Origin: Longimicrobiales bacterium | Lineage (GTDB): Bacteria; Gemmatimonadota; Gemmatimonadetes; Longimicrobiales; Gaopeijiaceae | DNA length: 64,000 nt | NCBI GenBank assembly: GCA_965248195.1 | Contig: CBDFIQ010000002.1 | Coordinates: 1,536,001 to 1,600,000, forward strand | Direction of reading: 5' to 3' | Part shown: piece by piece, positions 19,945 through 29,260 of the stretch | Position numbering within the stretch: position 1 is the stretch's first letter | Layout: each line of letters opens with the position of its first letter | Notes under the pieces: model-generated | Told to the model about the DNA's origin: nothing | Databases searched by the model: none | The model's input: only the letters and a program-made list of their open reading frames with translations | Position numbers and translations under genes: made by a program

Positions 19945-20880
19945 TCATCGGAGACTGTTTGACTTGAGTGTCAGAGGCTCACCTGGAGCGTCCTGACGCG
20001 AATAATACAACTCTTCGTACTCGGCCGGCGGGATATGGCCGTGGGGCTCGAAGAGGCGATGGTGATTGAACCACCAGACCCATTCGAGGGTGGCGAGCTC
20101 GATGTCTTCGAGGGTGCGCCACGGACCGCGTGGACGAATGAGCTCGGTCTTGTAGAGTCCGATGATCGTCTCGGCCAGGGCGTTGTCATACGAATCCCCC
20201 CGGCTGCCTACGGACGGCTCGATGCCTGCCAACGCCAGGCGCTCGGTGTAGCGGATAGACAGGTACTGCCCCCTGCGGTCGCTGTGATGCACCAGGCGCT
20301 TGTCTGCGTCGTCCTCGCGTTCACAGATCGCCTGCTCGAGAGCGTCGAGCGCTAAGTCACTGCGTAATGAGTTCGAGACCCGCCATCCGACGATGCGACG
20401 GCTGAACGCATCGATCACGAACGCCACGAAGACAAACGCATGGCCCGTCCGCACGTACGTGAGGTCCGAGACCCACAGCTCGTTGGGACGTGCCGCGCTG
20501 AAGTCTCGGTTCACGAGGTCCAGCGGGCGCTCGTCGCCCTCCGCCGTGTGCGTTGTCACCTTGAAGCGCCGCCCTCGCGTAACCCCACAAAGCTCCAGTT
20601 CCTTCATGAGCCGAGCCACCGTGCATCGAGCCACGGTGATGCCTTCCCGGTTCAGCTGCTTCCACACCTTCTTCGCCCCGTAGACCTGGAAGTTCTGCAT
20701 CCACACTCGACGGATCTCCGGCTTCAGCATCTCGTCGCGCTGAGCCCGGACCGATCGTAGCGTCGGATCTGCCTGCATCGCCTTGTGCGTGTAGTAGGTC
20801 GACGGAGCGATCGGCAGTACCTCGCAGATCGGCTCGACTCCGTACGTGGGCCGGTAATCGTCGATGAAGGCCACCATCAC
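19945..20880 (-). CDS. IS3 transposase OrfB (rve integrase core)
   Basis: [35 protein letters not shown]. Confidence 0.95.
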   Translation of the reverse strand: MMVAFIDDYRPTYGVEPICEVLPIAPSTYYTHKAMQADPTLRSVRAQRDEMLKPEIRRVWMQNFQVYGAKKVWKQLNREGITVARCTVARLMKELELCGVTRGRRFKVTTHTAEGDERPLDLVNRDFSAARPNELWVSDLTYVRTGHAFVFVAFVIDAFSRRIVGWRVSNSLRSDLALDALEQAICEREDDADKRLVHHSDRRGQYLSIRYTERLALAGIEPSVGSRGDSYDNALAETIIGLYKTELIRPRGPWRTLEDIELATLEWVWWFNHHRLFEPHGHIPPAEYEELYYSRQDAPGEPLTLKSNSLR

Positions 20881-21197
20881 CGAACTCGGCGGTCGAGCTC
20901 CGCCTGTGCGAAATACGCCGATGCCTTACGCAGAATCTCGTTCGCCCGCTTCAGCTCACGATTCTCACGCTCCAGCACCTTCAGTCGCTCACGCTCTTCT
21001 GTCTTGAGACCGGGCCGTTGCCCCGTGTCTCGCTCCGCTCGTCGAACCCATTTACGTAGCGTCTCCGCCGTGCACCCGATCTTCTCCGAGATCGAGCAGA
21101 TCGCCGCCCACTGTGAGCTGTACTCAGGCTCGTGCTCGAAAACCATCCGAACGGCTCGCTCCCGTACCTCTGGGGAGTACTGTCCTTTCCTTTTCAT
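20877..21197 (-). CDS. IS3 transposase OrfA
   Basis: [13 protein letters not shown]...ETLRKWVR...[30 protein letters not shown]. Confidence 0.95.
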   Translation of the reverse strand: MKRKGQYSPEVRERAVRMVFEHEPEYSSQWAAICSISEKIGCTAETLRKWVRRAERDTGQRPGLKTEERERLKVLERENRELKRANEILRKASAYFAQAELDRRVR

Positions 21198-21405
21198 GAC
21201 TCCATCCTCTCAACTGATGGAGTCTCCGGCAAACCCGGGGTGATTCACAGGTTCCGATGGGAGGCAACATAGGTGATGAGAGTGGGCGGGGTAGGAGGTT
21301 GGGTGGGGCGGGTGGGAGATGTGGTTGACGGGAGGTCGGACCGGAATGAAGATAAGCCTCGTGCGGCCTCCCGCTCATGAGCCTGTTCGTACGCCATCGC
21401 GGCGC

Positions 21406-21447
21406 AGTACCCCTGATAAAGCACCACTGATAGAGTACCACTGATGC
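21406..21447. repeat. Three imperfect 14-bp tandem repeats
   Basis: AGTACCCCTGATAA / AGCACCACTGATAG / AGTACCACTGATGC upstream of the peptidase gene. Confidence 0.7.
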
Positions 21448-21482
21448 AGATGGCGGATACGGCTCAGGCATACTAACCAGGG

Positions 21483-24209
21483 ATGATTCTCATGCGTTTT
21501 CGTTTGATCGGTGCTTTCGTGTTAGGCCTGTTCGTCGCTTCAGCTCCGAGCGTCGGGGCGTCCGCTCAGCAGCGGGTGACCACCCCCGAGCAGCAGTTCG
21601 GGCACGAGATCGGTGCCGATTACGAGCTCGTCAACTACACGGAGCTGTACGCGTACTTCCAGAAGCTTGCCGGAGAGTCCGACCGGATGACGGTAGAGGA
21701 CATCGGGCTCACGGAGGAGGAGCGTCCACAGGTCATGGCCGTGATCACTTCGCCGGCCAACCGCGCCGACCTGGATCGCTATCGGGAGATCTCCCGCCGA
21801 TTGGCCAAGGCGGACGGCGTGTCGGAGGACGAGGCCCGTCGGTTGGCGCAAGAAGGCAAGGCCGTCATCTGGATCGACGGAGGGTTACATGCGACCGAAG
21901 TCCTAGGCGCCCAGCAACTCATCGAGCTCGTATACCGTATGGTCAGCCGCTCGGACCCAGAGACCCTGCGCATCCTGGACGAGGTGATCCTGTTGGCGGT
22001 TCAGGTCAACCCGGACGGCATGGAGCTGGTTTCCGATTGGTACACGCGTGAGCCCGACCCGCTCCAAAGGAGTACGCAGGACGTGCCCGTTCTTTACAAC
22101 AAGTATGCGGGGCATGACAACAACCGCGATTTCTACATGTCCGCGCTCGCGGAAACCACCAACATCAACCGGGTGCTGTTTCGGGAGTGGTTTCCTCAAA
22201 TTGTCTACAATCATCACCAGACCGGTCCATCGGGCACCGTGATGTTCGCGCCTCCCTTCAGGGATCCGCCCAACCACAACCTCGATCCCCTCATCCTTAC
22301 CGGGCTGGACGCGGTCGGAGCCGCGATGCACGGGCGCTTCGTGTCGGAGGGAAAGGGGGGTACGACCATGCGCTCCGGAGCGTCGTACTCCACCTGGTGG
22401 AACGGTGGCCTGCGAACGACGCCCTACTTCAAGAACATGATCGGGTTGCTGACCGAGGCGATCGGCAATCCGACTCCGATCACAATTCCGTTTCGGCCGG
22501 CGCGGCAGTTACCTCGGGGTGATCTCCCGTTGCCGGTGGAGCCGGGAGAGTGGCACTTCAGGCAATCCATCGAATACTCCCAGACGGCGAATTGGGCAGT
22601 TCTGGATTACGCCGCGCGAAACCGGGATCACCTGCTGTTCAACATCTGGCGGATGGGGATGAACTCGATCGACCGGGGGAGCACGGCTACGTGGACCGTC
22701 CTACCGTTCGAGACCGAAGACGCCGCAGCGGCGCTCGGTGCCAGGACGGCCGGCACGGCGGACGATTATCGACGACTCCTGCAGGCTCCGGAGAACCGGG
22801 ACCCGCGTGGATTCATCATCCCGTCGGATCAGGCCGACTTCTCGACGGCGACGAAATTCGTCAACACGCTCTTGAAGAACGGCGTCGACGTGTATCGGGC
22901 GACGAGGGGGTTCACGGTGGGCAACGTGAGCTATCCGGACGGATCGTACGTCGTGAAGACCGATCAGGCGTTTCGTCCCCACGTCATGGACATGTTCGAG
23001 CCGCAACAGCATCCGAACGACTTCGAGTATCCCGGGGGACCGCCAATTGCGCCCTACGACAATGCGGGGTGGACTCTTGCCTTTCAGATGGGGGTGGAGT
23101 TCGACCGGATGCTGGATGGCTTCCAGGGCCCCTTCGAGTTGGTCGAAGGGCTGGCCGGGATTCCTGGCGGGTCCGTGACAGGGACCGGCGCAGACGGGTA
23201 CGTGTTCGATCATCGTGACAACAACGCGTTCCTCGCGGTGAACCGGCTCCTGGCGGACGGAGGGCAGGTGGCCTGGCTGTTGGATTCCCCTGCCGGGGTG
23301 GATCTGCCCGAGGGGGCGTTCTACGTCGCTTCCAACCAAGTGGACCGGTCCAGGATAGAGGCACTTGCCGAGGAAACGGGCGTGGATTTCCGTGCGGCCG
23401 CGGCTCCGTTGGGAGAGGCGCTTCGTCTCCGACGGCCAAGGATCGCGCTTTGGGACCGGTATGGAGGGTCGATGCCATCCGGATGGACTCGAAAAATCCT
23501 GGAGGACTTCGAATTCGACTTCGAGGTGGTCTACCCTGAAGAGATCGCCGAGGGCGACCTTCGAGGTCGCTTCGACGTGTTGATCCTCGAGGATGGTGCG
23601 GTGCCTCCGCCCACGGAAGGTGAACGTTCCGGTTCCTCCCTCGACCCGAGCCGGGTGCCCGGAGAATACCGTGACCGGATCGGTGCCATCACCGCTGTGC
23701 GGGGCGTGCCGGAGATCCTCGATTTCGCCCGAGACGGAGGGACAGTGATCGCGGTGGGGAGTTCCTCCTGGCTGGGGCAATACGCCGGACTTCCCCTGAG
23801 TGACCATCTCGTGGAGAATGGGCAGTCGCTCAGCGAAGATGAATATTTCACACCTGGCTCCGTCCACTCTCTCAAAATCGAGCACGACAGTCCGCTGACC
23901 CACGGATTGGACGATCGCCTCGACGTCCTGATCAGTCACAGCCCGCTCTTCGATCTGGACCCCGGAGCGGAGGCGGCCGGGGTAAAGCGGCTCGGCTGGT
24001 TCGATACCGACCGACCGCTTCGGAGCGGTTGGGCGTGGGGCCAGGAACGTATGCAGGGCGGGACGGCTTTGATCGAGGCGCAGCTGGGCGACGGAAAGCT
24101 CTTCCTCTTTACGCCCAGGATCACATTCCGATCGCAGTCGCACGCCGCCTTTCCCCTTCTTTTCAACGGCATTTTCTACGGTTCAGCCGCCGATGAGCCG
24201 ATCTTCTGA
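21483..24209 (+). CDS. Secreted M14-family zinc carboxypeptidase
   Basis: Signal peptide, GLHATE (HxxE), NPDG, DNNRD, NHHQT; long C-terminal extension. Confidence 0.9.
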   Translation: MILMRFRLIGAFVLGLFVASAPSVGASAQQRVTTPEQQFGHEIGADYELVNYTELYAYFQKLAGESDRMTVEDIGLTEEERPQVMAVITSPANRADLDRYREISRRLAKADGVSEDEARRLAQEGKAVIWIDGGLHATEVLGAQQLIELVYRMVSRSDPETLRILDEVILLAVQVNPDGMELVSDWYTREPDPLQRSTQDVPVLYNKYAGHDNNRDFYMSALAETTNINRVLFREWFPQIVYNHHQTGPSGTVMFAPPFRDPPNHNLDPLILTGLDAVGAAMHGRFVSEGKGGTTMRSGASYSTWWNGGLRTTPYFKNMIGLLTEAIGNPTPITIPFRPARQLPRGDLPLPVEPGEWHFRQSIEYSQTANWAVLDYAARNRDHLLFNIWRMGMNSIDRGSTATWTVLPFETEDAAAALGARTAGTADDYRRLLQAPENRDPRGFIIPSDQADFSTATKFVNTLLKNGVDVYRATRGFTVGNVSYPDGSYVVKTDQAFRPHVMDMFEPQQHPNDFEYPGGPPIAPYDNAGWTLAFQMGVEFDRMLDGFQGPFELVEGLAGIPGGSVTGTGADGYVFDHRDNNAFLAVNRLLADGGQVAWLLDSPAGVDLPEGAFYVASNQVDRSRIEALAEETGVDFRAAAAPLGEALRLRRPRIALWDRYGGSMPSGWTRKILEDFEFDFEVVYPEEIAEGDLRGRFDVLILEDGAVPPPTEGERSGSSLDPSRVPGEYRDRIGAITAVRGVPEILDFARDGGTVIAVGSSSWLGQYAGLPLSDHLVENGQSLSEDEYFTPGSVHSLKIEHDSPLTHGLDDRLDVLISHSPLFDLDPGAEAAGVKRLGWFDTDRPLRSGWAWGQERMQGGTALIEAQLGDGKLFLFTPRITFRSQSHAAFPLLFNGIFYGSAADEPIF

Positions 24210-24421
24210 CCGGAGCACCCAACCTCGATGGAAACTTTCGCTCCGCTTCCCTTTCTCGGCGGAACCTGTTGGAGGACGGGTCGCTATTAAAGGGAGGCGT
24301 TCGAGGAATTCGCGAGCCAACGAGAGTGCACAGGCACTTCGGGACCCTTACGCGAGATTCAACGATTAGGGTTGTAGGAAGCGTACGGAACGAGCCCGTG
24401 GCACCGTTGGGAGGAGTTCGG

Positions 24422-25516
24422 TTGGATAAGATCTTTCTGGTAAGAGTCGCCGGTCGAAGAGGAGTTGCACTTTCCTTCGCGGCCCTGTGCTTCCTGGCGG
24501 GGCCTACCGCGGCCCAGATCGACGGCCTGGTCACGAGAGCGGGGGGACTGCCCCTCGAAGGTGTCTCGGTCGAGGCCTGGAGCGACGACCTGAGGGTCGG
24601 GGCCACATTGACCGACGCCTTGGGCGTGTTCTCCTTTTCCGATGCCATCGCCCTAAATACCGTCATGCTCCGTGCGGGTGCCCTCGGCTTCGAAGTGGCG
24701 GAGGTGACGGTTCAGAGTGGAGTGAACAGCTATGCCATCGAGTTGACGGAGGCTCCTCTGGCGGTCGAGGGGCTGGTCGTGACAATGGAGGAGGCCACCT
24801 GTGAGGACGGCAGGGAGGACGCACGGGGAAGGGAGCTCTGGCAGCAAGCCCGATTCCGCTATGACGGGCTGATGGATACGCTCGGCGTCGCGACCTACCT
24901 GGCCGAGGCAGACACCGTCGTCCCCCTTTCCGAGCTCGGAGCGCTGAAACTTCCTGCACTCAACCTGAGCCAGAGGGGATCTTCGTCGTTGCTGCGCTTC
25001 AATTGGACACGGCGCATCGATAGGGACGGATACGCGTTCGCGATCCGGCGAATGGACGGGGCGGCGCCCTACGACTCGTGGGTATATCCCCCCCTCGAGG
25101 CCGACTTTGCCCCCCACTTCGTGGATGACGTCTTCGGTGAGCGCCATCGCTTCGTCATCGACGACGAGGGACCGGACGGCTGGCTGCTGGCGTACTGTCC
25201 CAAGGACACCGGCAAGCCTTCCATCAAGGGGACGATCACACTCGCGCGAGATACGACCTTCGCCTCCGTCGATTGGCTCTTCCAGACCCCGGAGCCCATA
25301 GAACACGCCGGAGGGCGCGCCTTCTTTACGCCCATCCTGTCCCGCTCGGTGCTGAGCCATTTCCTTCCCGCCGAGGCGGTCATTTGGCGCGCCATCCCTG
25401 CGGGCGACTATCTACAGAGCTACCAACGGTACGAGGACTGGAGGGTCGCCCCCGGCGATTCCGTGCCCCAACTGCCCCTTCGACGAGAGGGCGTCGGAGG
25501 GGGCGTCAGTCGCTGA
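24422..25516 (+). CDS. Secreted protein with carboxypeptidase-regulatory-like domain
   Basis: AGGAG then TTG 24422; signal peptide ...TAA-Q, IDGLVTRAGGLPLEGVSVE...TLTDALGVFSF. Confidence 0.7.
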   Translation: MDKIFLVRVAGRRGVALSFAALCFLAGPTAAQIDGLVTRAGGLPLEGVSVEAWSDDLRVGATLTDALGVFSFSDAIALNTVMLRAGALGFEVAEVTVQSGVNSYAIELTEAPLAVEGLVVTMEEATCEDGREDARGRELWQQARFRYDGLMDTLGVATYLAEADTVVPLSELGALKLPALNLSQRGSSSLLRFNWTRRIDRDGYAFAIRRMDGAAPYDSWVYPPLEADFAPHFVDDVFGERHRFVIDDEGPDGWLLAYCPKDTGKPSIKGTITLARDTTFASVDWLFQTPEPIEHAGGRAFFTPILSRSVLSHFLPAEAVIWRAIPAGDYLQSYQRYEDWRVAPGDSVPQLPLRREGVGGGVSR

Positions 25517-26417
25517 GCGTCCGCCCGAGGTAGCTTTTCAGTCGTTGCCAGGCGTCGAACCCGGGCTCGGTCCGAAGCTCCGGATCTCCGTCGATACGAA
25601 GCCAGAATCCGTGGTTTACTTCGTCGTAAACGTGAACATCGTTCTCGACTCCGGCGGCCCGGAGCGCTGAAACGAACTCGTTCACCGTCTCGGGCGGAAT
25701 TCCGTTGTCCATCTCAGCGAAGCTGCCGTAGACCTCGTGGTCGATGGACGCCAGGACCGCCGGGTCGGTGACGAGATTTCCGTAAAAAATAGCGGTCGCG
25801 TCATGATGCTCGCCGCCGAGTGCGTAGCTGAGCGCAACGCCACCCCCAAAGCACCACCCCATGGTGCCGACCCGCCCGGTCACGTCGTCCCGTTCCCGCA
25901 GGAATCGTGCGGCGGCATCGAGATTGGCGATCATCGTTTCGGAGTCGGCCCGGATCTCCGCCGTCAATGCCCGGTTTTGGTCGGGACTCGACCCGACGCG
26001 TCCAGAGTAGAGATCTGCGGCCAGGGTGACGTAACCCTCGGCAGCCATCGCGTCGGCAACCTCACGGACTCGATCCACCAGACCATTCCATTCGTGAATC
26101 AGGATCAAGGCCGGAAAAGGGCCCGCACCCTCGGGGACCGCCAGGTAACCCATCGCGGCATCGTCGCCGTCGAAATAGGACACGGGCTGGCCGCCCAGCG
26201 GGCCGGCCATTCCGAGAACCGCCGCCGGCAGGGCGCCCTCGGTGGGAGAGGACTGTGCCGGGGGGGCCTCCCCGGTGCAGGAGGCCCCGGCGACGAGAAT
26301 CGCCAGGGCGAACGCCCGCGGGCTTCGCCCTGCGAGGTTGGTGAGCGGCCTCGCTACGCCCGACCGTACAGGACGGCCTGAAGGCTGTGTCCGGTCCAAG
26401 TTCCCGATGGCTAGCAT
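25506..26417 (-). CDS. Dienelactone hydrolase family protein (probable lipoprotein)
   Basis: IHEWNGL, nucleophile GWCFGG, NHGF; start uncertain. Confidence 0.9.
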   Translation of the reverse strand: MLAIGNLDRTQPSGRPVRSGVARPLTNLAGRSPRAFALAILVAGASCTGEAPPAQSSPTEGALPAAVLGMAGPLGGQPVSYFDGDDAAMGYLAVPEGAGPFPALILIHEWNGLVDRVREVADAMAAEGYVTLAADLYSGRVGSSPDQNRALTAEIRADSETMIANLDAAARFLRERDDVTGRVGTMGWCFGGGVALSYALGGEHHDATAIFYGNLVTDPAVLASIDHEVYGSFAEMDNGIPPETVNEFVSALRAAGVENDVHVYDEVNHGFWLRIDGDPELRTEPGFDAWQRLKSYLGRTLSD

Positions 26418-26628
26418 GGGTCTTCCCCTTCCCGTAATGGGGGTCCGCGAGCGCCGCGCCCATCTGGGCGCGGATAGGGTGACGAGCATAACTGGCGAGA
26501 GGCCTGATCGCGAGCGACCCGAGACTGGCAAAACCGAAACGGACAAGCCGAAACTCCTTGATTTTCAACGAAAAAAAGTCGAAGCTTTGGCGCCTCATTT
26601 TTCGCAGATATCGCCTCTTTCTTGACCA

Positions 26629-27453
26629 ATGGAGCACGTGAGCCGCCAATCCTCATCCGTCTTGGGCCCCTTCGGGTTCGCGAACCGAGTTTTCGCCGTC
26701 ACCGGGCGCTGGTTCAGCCTGGTTGCCGAGCACGCTGGGCAAATCGGTCTTTTGGTGTGGCACATGGCGGTCGCCTGCGTGCGTCTTCGAGTGCCCCGGC
26801 GCGACATCCTGCGGCAGTTCTACATCATCGGCATCCAGAGCATCATGATTGTCTTGATCGCGGCTGGGCTCATCGGCGTCGTGACGAGCCAGCAGGGTGG
26901 TTACCAGATGCAGAGTCAGATCCCGCTCTACGTCATGGGATCCGTCGTGGTCGAGAGCGTCATTCTGGAGATGGGGCCGGTCCTCACAGCCATTGTGATG
27001 ATCGGCAGGGTCGGCGCCCGGATCACGGCCGAGCTTGGTACGATGAAGGTTTCCGAGCAGATCGACGCCCTGCGTTCGGTGGGTCGAGACCCGGTCGAGA
27101 TTCTCGCGGCCCCTCGGGTGTTGGCGATGATCATTTCAATGCCACTGCTCGTGTCCCTCGCCAACCTCGTCGGCATCACCACGGGGATGATCTCCGCTCG
27201 GTATACGCTTGGGCTCGGCTCTGAAACGTTCTTCTATGGCGCACGTTTGTTCTGGCATTCCTACGACATGTTCTACTCGCTCATGAAAGCTCTGGTCTTC
27301 GGCGCGGCGATTCCTGTAATCGCCGTTCACATGGGCCTCCGAACCACCGGCGGTGCCGAAGGGGTCGGTAGAACGACGACGCACGCGGTGGTATTCATGA
27401 CGCTGACGATTCTCGTCCTCGACGCCTTGTTCCCCCCTCTTTTCCTTAACTAG
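26629..27453 (+). CDS. mlaE: MlaE-family ABC permease
   Basis: EMGPVLTAI, GRVGARITAELGTMKVSEQIDAL, GGAEGVGRTTT. Confidence 0.92.
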   Translation: MEHVSRQSSSVLGPFGFANRVFAVTGRWFSLVAEHAGQIGLLVWHMAVACVRLRVPRRDILRQFYIIGIQSIMIVLIAAGLIGVVTSQQGGYQMQSQIPLYVMGSVVVESVILEMGPVLTAIVMIGRVGARITAELGTMKVSEQIDALRSVGRDPVEILAAPRVLAMIISMPLLVSLANLVGITTGMISARYTLGLGSETFFYGARLFWHSYDMFYSLMKALVFGAAIPVIAVHMGLRTTGGAEGVGRTTTHAVVFMTLTILVLDALFPPLFLN

Positions 27454-27461
27454 GCCGGCCC

Positions 27462-28259
27462 ATGTCTGTTGCCGGAAACGGGTCAGGGGGGGTTATCGAG
27501 TATCGGAACGTATTCAAGGCGTTCGATCTTCCGGTCCTCTCGGGTGTGACGCTATCCGTGGAGCAGGGCGAGATGTTCGCTCTGTTCGGTCCTTCTGGAA
27601 CGGGTAAGAGCGTGCTCCTCAAGACGACCATCGCCCTCATCACACCCGATCGGGGAGACGTGACCGTGGGGGGGGAGTCGGTCTATTTCGGGGGCAGGGA
27701 CACGCTCGGGCGAATCCGGCGCAAGGTCGGCTATGTCTTTCAGTACGCCGCGCTGTTCGATTCCCTGACGGTCTACGAAAACGTCGAGATGGGAATTCCG
27801 GAGGAGAGCTTGAAGCGGATGAGCAAGAAGGAGGTGGCGCACCGTGCTTGGGAGACGTTGGAACTCGTCAACCTGGAGCCAAAACAGGTGATGGGAATGG
27901 TTCCGTCCGAATTGTCGGGTGGGATGAAGAAGCGTGTTGGCATCGCAAGGGCCATCGCGGGCCGCCCGGAAATCCTGCTGTGGGACGAGCCGACTACCGG
28001 GCTCGATCCGGTGAACACGGCGGCCATCGAACGGCTCATCACGCAGCTTTCGGACGACTTGCACGTGACGTCTCTTTTGGTCACACACGATATCGAAGGC
28101 GGCCTCGATATGTGTGATCGGGTGGCCATGCTCGAGGGAGGGCACCTCCGTTTTTGCGGGTCGCCGGAGGACTTTCGAGCGAGCGGCGACCCGGTGGTGA
28201 GTGCTTTCATGGATCGGAAGGCGGCTTACGCCGCCCTGGATACGCTGGAGATCACTTGA
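27462..28259 (+). CDS. mlaF: MlaF/Mkl-family ABC ATPase
   Basis: GPSGTGKS, VFQYAALFDS, LSGGMKKRVGIARA, DEPTTGLDP. Confidence 0.92.
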   Translation: MSVAGNGSGGVIEYRNVFKAFDLPVLSGVTLSVEQGEMFALFGPSGTGKSVLLKTTIALITPDRGDVTVGGESVYFGGRDTLGRIRRKVGYVFQYAALFDSLTVYENVEMGIPEESLKRMSKKEVAHRAWETLELVNLEPKQVMGMVPSELSGGMKKRVGIARAIAGRPEILLWDEPTTGLDPVNTAAIERLITQLSDDLHVTSLLVTHDIEGGLDMCDRVAMLEGGHLRFCGSPEDFRASGDPVVSAFMDRKAAYAALDTLEIT

Positions 28260-28287
28260 GCTACTATTCGGTAAACAGGAGCATCCC

Positions 28288-29244
28288 TTGGCGATAAACG
28301 AGATCCCAGGCGCTTCCGCCTCGCAGGCTGAGGAGGCCGTGCCCGAGCAGGCCGGGAAGCGACAAGTTCGTATCGGAATGTTCGTGCTCGGTGGTTTGAT
28401 TGCGACCGTCTATCTGCTCTTCCTCCTTACCGACCCCGCGACGTTCCGTGGCCGGTACCAGGTTACCACGACTGTGGATAACGCGATGGGGCTCCGCAGG
28501 GGTGATCCAGTCCAAATGCGTGGTGTGACCATCGGACAGGTGCACGACTTCGAGTTGGGGGCGCAGGGGGAGGACGTCGTGATCATTCTCGAGGTGGAGG
28601 GAGAGTGGCTGATCCCGGAAGGATCGACAACTCAGCTCGTGACTCCGGGCCTCATGGCTCCCAGAACCGTGGAAGTCCTGCCAGGCCCCGGGCCGGGCAC
28701 GATCGGTCGAGGGGGCACGATGCCGGGCATAGCGGTCAGGGGACTTCTGGACGATACGGAAACGCTGGGCGAGAAGGGGCAGATTGCTCTCGACCGAATC
28801 GCGGAACTGCTGTCACCGAAGAACCTCGACGCCCTCGGCGGAAGTGCCGACGGTCTCAACACACTCCTGGGGGAGCTCTCGGATCTTGTGGAGTCCGAGA
28901 GGGTGAACCTCACGGAGTTGATCCAGTCCTTCAACCGGGCTGCGGATGGTCTTGCGAAAATCACCGGGGACGGGGCGGAGCTCGGAGAGGACTTGGCGAG
29001 CGCAATGGCCCAAGCGGATTCACTCATGAGCCGCCTCAACGCCACATCAGAGAGCATCGGCGGGGCCGTGGCGTCGCTCCAGACGATCCTCACACGCATG
29101 GAAAACGGCGAGGGTACGCTAGGGCAACTCTCGGTCAACGATACACTCTTTACGGGCCTGGCAGCCGCGGTCGAGAGCGCACGTCTTCTGTTGGACGACC
29201 TCCGAGAAAACCCGGGTCGTTACATCAACTTTTCGATCTTCTAG
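28288..29244 (+). CDS. mlaD: MlaD/MCE-domain protein with long helical extension
   Basis: AGGAG then TTG 28288; TM helix, GLRRGDPVQMRGVTIGQV, GEGTLGQL, DLRENPGRY. Confidence 0.88.
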   Translation: MAINEIPGASASQAEEAVPEQAGKRQVRIGMFVLGGLIATVYLLFLLTDPATFRGRYQVTTTVDNAMGLRRGDPVQMRGVTIGQVHDFELGAQGEDVVIILEVEGEWLIPEGSTTQLVTPGLMAPRTVEVLPGPGPGTIGRGGTMPGIAVRGLLDDTETLGEKGQIALDRIAELLSPKNLDALGGSADGLNTLLGELSDLVESERVNLTELIQSFNRAADGLAKITGDGAELGEDLASAMAQADSLMSRLNATSESIGGAVASLQTILTRMENGEGTLGQLSVNDTLFTGLAAAVESARLLLDDLRENPGRYINFSIF

Positions 29245-29260
29245 TCCCGGTTCACCTTTC

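Larger units (their letters stand above)
19930..21247 (-). mobile_element. IS3-family element (IS51/IS6110-like ends)
   Basis: IRs TGAATCGCCCCGGGTTCATCGGAGACT (19930-) and AGTCTCCGGCAAACCCGGGGTGATTCA (-21247); 4-bp target duplication CAGG (19926-19929, 21248-21251). Confidence 0.96.
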
